Of a stretch of 64,000 bases of DNA, positions 35,087-44,900 are shown piece after piece (the stretch's first letter is position 1; each line of letters opens with the position of its first letter). Location of the stretch: assembly GCF_032444005.1 (NCBI RefSeq), contig NC_091282.1, positions 861,738,001-861,802,000 on the forward strand, read 5' to 3'. Source of the stretch: Ranitomeya imitator (Eukaryota). The position numbers and the translations under genes are program-made. Under the pieces are notes generated by a model. That model searched no databases, was not told where the DNA came from, and saw only the letters and a program-made list of their open reading frames with translations.

Positions 35087-35510
35087 ACAATGCACCTGTC
35101 ATGCAATAGCCGCAATGCACCTTGTCGTCTTGTAGTGCACGCGCTGTAAGCCCACAATGCACCTCACCGGCCGGCAGTATTGCGATCTCTCTGTGTATAG
35201 GTGTACGGCCCCACAATGCACCTCACCGGCCGGCAGTATGGTGATGTGTCTGTGTATAGGTGTACGGTACCCACAATGCACCTTGTCCTGCAGCAGGGCA
35301 CCCACGCACAGGTGTGCGGCACCCACAGCGCACCTTGCCTTGCAGCAGCGCACCCACGCACAGGTGTGCGGCACCCACAGCGCACCTTGCCTTGCAGCAG
35401 CGCACCCACGCACAGGTGTGCGGCACCCACAGCGCACCTTGCCTTGCAGCAGCGCACCCACGCACAGGTGTGCGGCACCCACAGTGCACCTTGCCTTGCA
35501 GCAGTGCACC
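35087..35510. repeat. 52-bp GC-rich minisatellite with degenerate ~59-bp units on its left
   Basis: CACCCACGCACAGGTGTGCGGCACCCACAG.GCACCTTGCCTTGCAGCAG.G units start at 35299, 35351, 35403 and 35455. Confidence 0.88.
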
Positions 35511-35801
35511 CATTGTGATGCAGCGGTAGCACAGTGAAACAGCAGTGACCCAAGCAAGTTCAAACAAAACTTTCCTTTAACGTGTTACTTCACACAGTCT
35601 ATTAGAAATACACAGTACACGGCTTTTTCATCCAGCCCAGAGGCGTAGCTAGAGCTTTTGCCACCCGGGGCTGTTCCCGAGTTTGGCGCCATCCCCCCCC
35701 CCAAAAAAAAAAAAAAAAACTACATGCAACCAAGCTGTAATCTGAGTCAGATTACAGCTTGGTTGCATGTAGTTTTTTTTCGTTTTTGTTTCTGTGCATA
35801 A

Positions 35802-37131
35802 GGCTGGTTTCACATTTGCGTTTTAAATGCATCCGCAAGTGGTGAAAAAAACGCATGTAAACGCGTACAAACGCTGCGTTTTTTAGACATGTGTTTTCGC
35901 ATGCGGTTAAAAAAACGCCGCGTTTGTACGCGTTTACATGCGTTTTTTACTGCGTTTGCGCTTTTGGTACACATGAGAAATTTCACAAGCTGGTTTTTGT
36001 TCATTCTGCTTCACAAAAATCTGAATAAAAAGCAATCAAAAATGTCACGTGCCCGAAAATGTTACCAATAAAAATGTCCCGCAAAAACAAGACCTCACGT
36101 GACTCTGTGGACCAAAATATGGAAAAAATGTAGCTCTCAAAATGTGGTAACGCAAAAAATATTTTTTGGAATAAAAAGCGTCTTTCAGTGTGTGACAGCT
36201 GCCAATCATAAAAATCCACTAGAAAACCCACTATAAATAGAAATCAAACCCCCTTCATCAACTCCTTATTTAGGGAAAAATAAAAAAAAAAATGTATTTC
36301 CATTTTCCCATTAGGGTTAGGGTTTGGATCCCTTTGGGGTTAGGGCTAGGGTTAGGGTTTGGATCCCTTTGGGGTTAGGGTTAGGGCTAGGGTTTGGATC
36401 CCTTTGGGGTTAGGGTTTGGATCCCCTTGGGGTTAGGGTTAGGGTTTGGATCCCTTTGGGGTTAGGGCTAGGGTTAGGGTTTGGATCCCTTTGGGTTTAG
36501 GGTTAGGGCTAGGGTTTGGATCCCTTTGGGGTTAGGGTTTGGATCCCCTTGGGGTTAGGGTTAGGGTTTGGATCCCTTTGGGGTTAGGGTTTGGATCCCC
36601 TTGGGGTTAGGGTTAGGGTTTGGATCCCTTTGGGGTTAGGGTTTGGATCCCTTTGGGGTTAGGGTTAGGATCCCTTTTGGCTTAGGGTTAGGGTTTGGAT
36701 CCCTTTAGGGTTAGGGTTTGGATACCTTTATCACCTTGATGGTGGGGGGTGGCTTATCAGTGTCTAGACTTGTTTTTCTCTATGAAAACGCATGCGTTCA
36801 AAAACGCAACCAAACGCATGTGTTAAAAACGCATGCGTTTACATAGACAACAATAGGTTTTTTTGACGCAATCGAACGCATTCGTGTTTTTGCGGCAAAA
36901 AAACGCCTCTAGAAATTACTACATGTTGCATTTCCGCACCAAGCCGCAAGTGACAAAAAGACACATCGTCAAACGCGGCCAAACGCATACAAAAAAAACG
37001 CATGCGTTTTTAATGTTAAATATAGGAAAGCAAGACGCATGCGTTTTTAATGTTAAATATAGGAAAGCAAGACGCATGCGTTTTTAGGCGTTACAAACGC
37101 AGCGGCAAAAAACGCAAATGTGAAACCAGCC
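35802..37131. mobile_element. Harbinger-type MITE with internal telomere-like array
   Basis: TAA|GGCTGGTTTCACATTTGCGTTTT ... AAAACGCAAATGTGAAACCAGCC|TAA. Confidence 0.9.
36311..36726 (+). repeat. Interstitial telomere-like array: TTAGGG units interleaved with TTTGGATCCC(T/C)TT
   Basis: Repeats such as GGGGTTAGGGCTAGGGTTAGGGTTTGGATCCCTTT. Confidence 0.9.
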
Positions 37132-39107
37132 TAAGAAATACAACATTTTACTGTAACAGCAAAATGAATGCGATTTCTAAAATCTCATTCACAGGATGGT
37201 TTTTTTTTTTATTTTCTATTCTTTCAGTGTCTTTTTTCCCATTTAGACCAAAATAGCTTAGTAACAAACAAATAAACCTGCATCTAAGAAGCTATGTGTG
37301 AACACACCCTACGAGCGTCTGTCTTTAGCGATCTGTGTGGGGTCTCGGCATCCAGGACCACCCACCAAACAAGACTTCTGTCATGTCACAACTTTCTGCT
37401 TGTGTGGCCACACCAGGCCGTATGGATGGAGCACAGTGGACGCCTCCGCAGCGCTTTCCTCACTTTTGACACATTTTTGTATTAACTCCGTCCGTATACA
37501 AGCTGCCCGGACGCCCTGCACTCCTGCGATCGCTGATCTGACGGTTCTTTAGCAGGCTACGTCCCATGATGAGCCCTTGGTGGAGGTGAGTTTTGGGGCC
37601 CAACTTACCTGACCGCGCTCCTGGCTCCTGCTCTCTCCACGGCGTCCATGCAGCTGAAGCGTGCACTCGCCGGCGACTGACAATGACGTCAGACGCCGGC
37701 GACATGCACGCTGGGACTGACGTCAGCTGCCAGCCTCAGATTGGCTGGCGGCTGTTAACTATTGACGTGCGGGCCTGCACGTCAATAGCGTTAAACAGCT
37801 GCAGCGCCGGCCGCGGCCCGGGGACCCACCCCCCACATTGTGCCGCCTGGGGCGGCCCGCACCCCCCTTCCTACGCCACTGATCCAGCCCTTTAGAAATA
37901 CACGGCACACGGCTTTAGTTTGCAGTCAATAAACAGGCCGGACTTCCCTCTGTCCAGTTTCCCTGTGCGACTGCACACCGGTACCAAGTCTCTTTACTCA
38001 CGCCGTGCACCACACACTATCCTCCGGATTTCAGCCTGATAAATAAAAACAGCCCGAGAGGCAGGGTGTCAGCCTCTTTGGTTCCTTTTGCCTCTGTGTT
38101 GCTTCACACAGAAAGAGTTCTGCAGACAACTGCTCTGTTTGCTTCCAAACCAACACTGACACCCCTCCCCCTCTACTACAGGGCTCTTAACCCCTTAAGC
38201 CCCAAGGGTGGTTTGCACGTTAATGACCGGGCCAATTTTTACAATTCTGACCACTGTCCCTTTATGAGGTTATAACTCTGGAACACTTCAACGGATCCCA
38301 GTGATTCTGACATTGTTTTCTTGTGACATTTGTACTTCATGATAGTGGTAAAATTTCTTTGATATTACCTGCATTTATTTGTGAAAAAAAATGGAAATTT
38401 GGCAAAAATTTTGAAAATTTAGCAATTTTCCAACTTTGAATTTTTATGCCCTTAAATCACAGAGATATGTCACACAAAATACTTAATAAGTAACATTTCC
38501 CACATGTCTACTTTACATCAGAACAATTTTGGAAACAATTTTTTTTTTGTTATAAGGGTTAAAAGTTGACCAGCAATTTCTCATTTTTACAACAAAATTT
38601 TACAAAACCATTTTTTTTAGGGACCACCTCACATTTGAAGTCAAATTTAGGGGTCTATATAGCAAAAAAATACCCCAAAGTGACACCATTCTAAAAACTG
38701 CACCCCTCAAGCTGATCAAAACCACATTCAAGAAGTTTATTAACCCTTCAGGTGCTTCACGAGAGCTAAAGCAATGTTGAAGGAAAAAATTAAAATTTAA
38801 CTTTTTAGTCACGATCTTTTAGCAACAATGTTTTTATTTTCCCAAAGGTAAAAGGAGAAATTGGACTGCAAAAGTTGTTGTCCAATTTGTCCTGAGTACG
38901 CTGATACCCCATATGTGGGGGGAACCCCTGTTTGGGCGCATGGCAGGGCTCGGAAGGGAAGAAGCGCCGTTTGATTTTTTTCAACCTAAAATTTGCTGGA
39001 ATTGCGATCGGATGCCATGTTGCGTTTGATGAACCTCTGATGTGCCTAAACAGTGGAAACCCCCCACAAGTGACCCCATTTTGGAAACTAGACCCCCTAA
39101 AGAACTT

Positions 39108-40426
39108 AAAGAAATCCTATATAGAAAAGAAATACCAAAATAAAATATGTGACCAATTTAGTAAATATTACTCAGAAATATATAACCTAAAAAAATATTT
39201 ACTGACAACCCAATCATAAATTTGATAAAATAATTTTATTTATATAAAAAAGGACATAAGCACAACAAATAACATTCTTTTAATTTTATTATTGTATGTG
39301 ACAATATCCAAATAACAAAAAATTGGTTAAAATATAAAATATAAAATACAACAAGTATGTGAGGGGGCCAAGGCACGCAGAGATTGATTGGCAACAATTC
39401 ATAAAAATAATATCCAACATCAATTAAATGTACAAAGTAATACAAGAAATCTTGATAATTGATGAGAAAATCAACTCCCACTCCCTGACGAAGCGGTTGC
39501 GAAACGTGCGTTGGAGTGGTGTGTGCGGGGGCTGCGGCACGCTTATTTGGTTGGTAACGGCTGAGTTTACTTTTTGCATTATATGCACATTTTTATTTCT
39601 GTATAAATATATCCACACACTTGTTCATTACATTGTTGTGCTATCAACATCCTCTTATATTTTGGGACTGGTATACAATCGGCTAGTGCTTATATTCCCA
39701 TATATTCCCATCATTGCACAGTGTTTTGTACAGGAATTCTTAGTATATGAATTAACACTCCTCACAATCTTATTCATTTTTTATGCACTATCAGTCAATA
39801 TATATACATATTTCTTTATTTATTTATGGTTTCACATTTAAAGACACATTTATTAATTATTTGCACATATTTTAGTTTTTAGTATTGATTTACACTTAGT
39901 TTCATTAATTTTCTTTTTACACATATATATATTTTTATATATTTTTTATAACACATATACACTATATATATTTGTTTTTTCACTTCACATCTTTCATTTT
40001 TTTATTTATTATTTTTTAATTCCCATTCAATTTCCTTCATTACCGATTGTATTAATTACATATATGTATTGGTGATGATCAGGTGTGTGGATTAATTTAA
40101 ATATTGGTTATATTATTATATGAATTATTCAATATTATTTATTCATTATAACCATATTTTATTTTACAAGGTTCTATTTATTTGTTTTCTGTTCAGCCAT
40201 AGTATTATTATTTTCTCATCAATTATCAAGATTTCTTGTATTACTTTGTACATTTAATTGATGTTGGATATTATTTTTATGAATTGTTGCCAATCAATCT
40301 CTGCGTGCCTTGGCCCCCTCACATACTTGTTGTATTTTATATTTTATATTTTAACCAATTTTTTGTTATTTGGATATTGTCACATACAATAATAAAATTA
40401 AAAGAATGTTATTTGTTGTGCTTATG
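39108..40426 (+). mobile_element. Penelope-like (PLE) pseudo-LTR fragment with inverted 5' segment
   Basis: 14-bp TSD CCCCTAAAGAACTT (39094-39107 and 40427-40440), 217-bp inverted repeat (39255-39471 / 40210-40426), hammerhead motif at the inversion junction. Confidence 0.75.
39478..39519 (+). ncRNA. Minimal type I hammerhead ribozyme
   Basis: Stem I CCACTCC/GGAGTGG (7 bp), core CTGACGA, extra A, stem II GC-GGTT-GC, GAAA, short stem III ACGTGCGT, cleavage triplet GUU. Confidence 0.75.
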
Positions 40427-40868
40427 CCCCTAAAGAACTTGTCTAGATGTGTGGTTAGAACTTTGAACCCCCAAGTGTTTCACTAAAGTTTATGACGTCC
40501 GGGTGTGAAAATAAAAAATCCTATTTTTTGACCGCAAAAATGATCTTTTAATCCCCAATTTTTTAATTTCCCAAGGGTAAGAGGAGAAATTGGACCGCAA
40601 AAGTTGTTGTCCAATTTGTCCTGAGTACGCTGGTACCCCATATGTGGGGGAAAAGTACTGTTTGGCCCCACGTCGGGGCTCGGAAGGGAAGTAGTGACGT
40701 TTTGGATTGCAGACTTTGATGGAATGGTCTGCAGGCATTACGTTGCGTTTGCAGAACCCTGATGTACCTAAACAGTAGAAACCCACAAGTGACAACATTT
40801 TGGAAAGTAGACCCCCGAAGAACTTACGTAGATGTGCCTCCTTTGGAATAAATCTGTTTCCTGTAAAT

Positions 40869-41051
40869 TTAGTAGTGCATGGAGGTGTGGTACAATTTAA
40901 AGCAATCCTTCATACACAGGCCAGGTTTGTCGGGGCAGGTGTCGCATTGATAGATGGTGTCCTTGCGTATTCCTCTTTTGTAGCACACTCGGCACCTTTT
41001 TTGTGGCTTACCTTTTTTTCCAGTTGGCGGGACCTGGTACGATACGTGCAC
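40869..41051 (-). pseudogene. piggyBac transposase C-terminal cysteine-rich domain remnant
   Basis: KRCRVCYKRGIRKDTIYQCDTCPDKPGLCMKDCFKLYH*; the catalytic core is absent. Confidence 0.85.
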
Positions 41052-41992
41052 CTTCAGGGTTAATGCCAGCGGTAATGGACCGCGTTATGCCGCGGGTAAC
41101 TCACTCTGTTCCCGCCACTATTAGCCCTGTGTGACCAACTTTTTACTATTGACGCTGCCTATGCAGCATCAATAGTAAAAGGATCTAATGTTAAAAGTAA
41201 TAAAAAATTATTATATACTCACCTTTCCCGCTCCTTGCGATGCTCCGGTGACCTCTCCATGCAAGCGGCGGGTTCCGGTGCCAACGATGGTATGGGAGAA
41301 GGACCTGCCATGACGTCACGGTCATGTGACCGCGACGTCATCACAGGCCCTGCGCGCCTGCACGAGAAAGACCTAACATGACGTCACTGTCATGTGACTG
41401 CGACGTCATCACAGGCTCTGCACGAGAAGGACCTGCCATGATGTCATGGCAGGTCCTTCTCGCGCAGGCACGAAGAAGCTGCGGTACCATGGGACAGGCA
41501 GGGACAGTGTCAGGAGCGCCAGGAGCAGGTGAGTATTTCATATTCACCTGTCCGCGTTCCATCCGCCGGGCGCCCTTCCGTCTTCCCATCCTCTTGCAGT
41601 GACTGCAGGTCAGAGGGCGCGATGACGTATTAGTGTGCGTGCCGCCCTCTGCCTGAACAGTCAGTGCGGAGAGACTGGACGCTGAGGAGCAGCAACGAGA
41701 GGTGAGTATGTGATTTTTTTTTTATTGCAGCAGCAGCAGCATTACATGTGGCACAATGCTGTATGGAGGGTCTATGGGGCCATAAAGGACTGCATGGAGC
41801 ATTAAATGGGGCATCTATGGGGCCATAACTGCAGGGAGCATTATATGGGGCATCTATGGGGCCATAATGAACTGCATGGAGCTTTATATGAGACATCTAT
41901 GGGGCCATAATGAACTGCATGGAGCATTATATGGGCATCTATGGGGCCATAACTGCATGGAACATTATATGGGGCATCTATGGGGCCATAAC

Positions 41993-44900
41993 TGTTGTGA
42001 ATTCTGTGGCTGAGTTCACTTCTGTGGTCACAAGTGGTATTGCAGTCTCTGGGCTTCCTCCCTCAGGTGTTTTGGTGAGCTCGTTGGCTGCCTTGCTATT
42101 TAGCTCCACCTGAGTCTGTCTTCCTTGCTCCTTGTCAATGTTCCAGTGTTGGATCTGAGCTACTGCATCTTTCCTTGGGCCTGCTGCTCTGCTAGATAAG
42201 TGCTTCTAGTTTGTTTTCTGTTTTTTTCTGTCCAGCTTGCTATTGTCTTTTGCTGGAAGCTCTGAGAAGCAGAGGGGTGCACCGCCGTGCTGTTAGTTCG
42301 GCACGGTGGGTCTTTTGCCCCTTTGCGTGGTTTTCGTTTTAGGGTTTTTTGTAGACTGCATAGTTCTCTTTGCTATCCTCGCTCTGTCTAGAATATCGGG
42401 CCTCACTTTGCTGAATCTATTTCATTCCTACGTTTGTCTTTTCATCTTGCTAACAGTCATTATATGTGGGGGGCTGCCTATTCCTTTGGGGTATTTCTCT
42501 GAGGTAAGTCAGGCTTGTATTTCTATCTTCAGGCTAGTCAGCTCCTCAGGCAGTGCCGAGTTGCATAGGTAGTTGTTAGGCGCAATCCACTGCTGCTTAT
42601 AGTTGTGTGAGGATAGATCAGGTACTGCAGTCTACAGAGATTCCACGTCTCAGAGCTCGTCCTGTTGTTTTTGGTTGTTGCCAGATCTCTGTGTGTGCGC
42701 TGATTACTGCACGCTGTGTTGCCTGATTGCCAGCCATAACAGTACAAGGAGCCTCACCAATGATTCCCAATAGAGGGAAAAAAGAAATCCTGACATCATT
42801 TTTTTTTCTTAGCTCTGTCTTCAGTCTTTTTTTTCCCCTAGACATTAGAGTGCTTCAGGACACAGCTGTGGACATGGATATTCAGGCTCTGTGCTCCTCA
42901 ATGGATAATCTCGTTGTAAATGTACAAAAGATTCAAGATACTATTGATCAGAAATCGATGCTAGAACCAAGAATTCCGATTCCTGATTTGTTTTTTGGTG
43001 ACAGAACTAAGTTCCTGAGCTTCAGAAATAATTGTAAGCTATTTTTGGCCTTGAAACCTCATTCTTCTGGTAATCCTATTCAACAGGTTTTGATTATTAT
43101 TTCTTTTTTGCGCGGCGACCCACAGGACTGGGCGTTTTCTCTTGCACCAGGAGATCCTGCATTGAGTAATGTTGATGCATTTTTCCTGGCGCTCGGATTG
43201 CTTTACGATGAGCCTAATTCAGTGGATCAGGCTGAGAAAAATCTGCTGGCTTTATGCCAGGGTCAGGATGATGTAGAAGTATATTGTCAGAAATTTAGGA
43301 AATGGTCAGTACTCACTCTGTGGAATGAATCTGCACTAGCGGCTTTGTTCAGAAAGGGTCTCTCTGAAGCTCTTAAGGATGTAATGGTGGGATTTCCTAT
43401 GCCTGCTGGTTTGAATGAGTCTATGTCCTTGGCCATTCAGATCGGTCGTCGCTTGCGCGAGCGTAAATCTGTGCACCATCTGGCGGTACTGCCTGAGAGT
43501 AAACCTGAGCCTATGCAGTGCGACAGGACTATGACTAAAGTAGAACGGCAAGAACACAGACGTCTGAACAGACTGTGTTTCTATTGTGGTGATTCTACTC
43601 ATGCTATTTCTAATTGTCCTAAACGCACTAGGCGGTTCGATAGCTCTGCCGTTATTGGTACTGTACAGTCCAAATTCCTTTTGTCCATTACCTTAATGTG
43701 CTCTTTGTCATCGTATTCTGTCATGGCGTTTGTGGATTCAGGCGCTGCCCTGAATCTGATGGATTTGGATTATGCTAAACGTTGTGGATTTTTCTTGGAG
43801 CCTTTGCGGTGTCCTATTCCGTTGAGAGGAATTGATGCTACACCTTTGGCCAAGAATAAGCCTCAGTACTGGGCCCAGCTGACCATGTGCATGGCTCCTG
43901 CACATCAGGAAGTTATTCGCTTTCTGGTACTGCATAATTTGCATGATGTGGTCGTGTTGGGGTTGCCATGGCTACAAACCCATAATCCAGTATTGGATTG
44001 GAACTCTATGTCGGTAACCAGCTGGGGTTGTCAGGGAGTACATGGTGATGTTCCATTTTTGTCTATTTCGTCATCCATTCCTTCTGACATCCCAGAGTTC
44101 TTGTCGGACTTTCAGGATGTATTTGAAGAGTCCAAGTCTGATGCCCTACCTCCGCATAGGAATTGTGATTGTGCTATCGATTTGATTCCTGGTAGTAAAT
44201 TCCCTAAGGGTCGTTTATTTAATTTGTCCGTACCTGAACACACCGCTATGCGCAGTTATGTGAAGGAGTCCCTGGAGAAGGGACATATTCGCCCATCGTC
44301 GTCACCATTGGGAGCAGGGTTCTTTTTTGTAGCCAAGAAGGATGGTTCGCTAAGACCGTGTATTGATTACCGCCTTCTTAATAAGATCACTGTTAAGTTT
44401 CAGTATCCCTTGCCATTGATTTCTGACTTGTTTGCTCGGATTAAGGGGGCTAGTTGGTTTACTAAGATTGATCTTCGTGGTGCGTATAATCTGGTGAGAA
44501 TCAGGCAGGGAGATGAATGGAAAACGGCATTTAATACGCCCGAGGGTCATTTTGAGTATCTGGTGATGCCGTTCGGACTTGCCAATGCTCCATCTGTTTT
44601 TCAGTCTTTTATGCATGACATTTTCCGTGAGTATCTGGATAAATTCTTGATTGTTTACTTGGATGACATTTTGATCTTCTCAGATGATTGGGAGTCTCAT
44701 GTGAAGCAAGTCAGAATGGTTTTCCAGGTACTGCGTGCTAATTCCTTGTTCGTGAAGGGATCAAAGTGTCTCTTCGGTGTGCAGAAAGTTTCATTTTTGG
44801 GGTTCATCTTTTCCCCTTCTACTATCGAGATGGATCCGGTTAAGGTTCAGGCCATCCAGGATTGGACTCAGCCGACATCTCTAAAAAGTCTGCAGAAATT

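Larger units (their letters stand above)
35638..37881. mobile_element. Non-autonomous hAT element (2244 bp)
   Basis: TIR CAGAGGCGTAG / CAGTGGCGTAG; perfect 8-bp TSD ATCCAGCC. Confidence 0.88.
38191..41051 (-). mobile_element. 3' portion of a piggyBac element
   Basis: TTAA|CCCCTTAAGCCCC terminus at 38191, subterminal direct repeats, and a transposase C-terminal remnant at 40869-41051. Confidence 0.8.

Noticed and set aside
37990-38050. Minus-strand donor GGC|GTGAGT with an upstream AT-rich box, as a possible upstream first exon
   Set aside because: A single motif with no supporting acceptor chain or transcript evidence.
39236-40433. Hydrophobic ORFs (81, 137 and 65 aa)
   Set aside because: By-products of AT-rich inverted-repeat sequence in the Penelope-like insertion.
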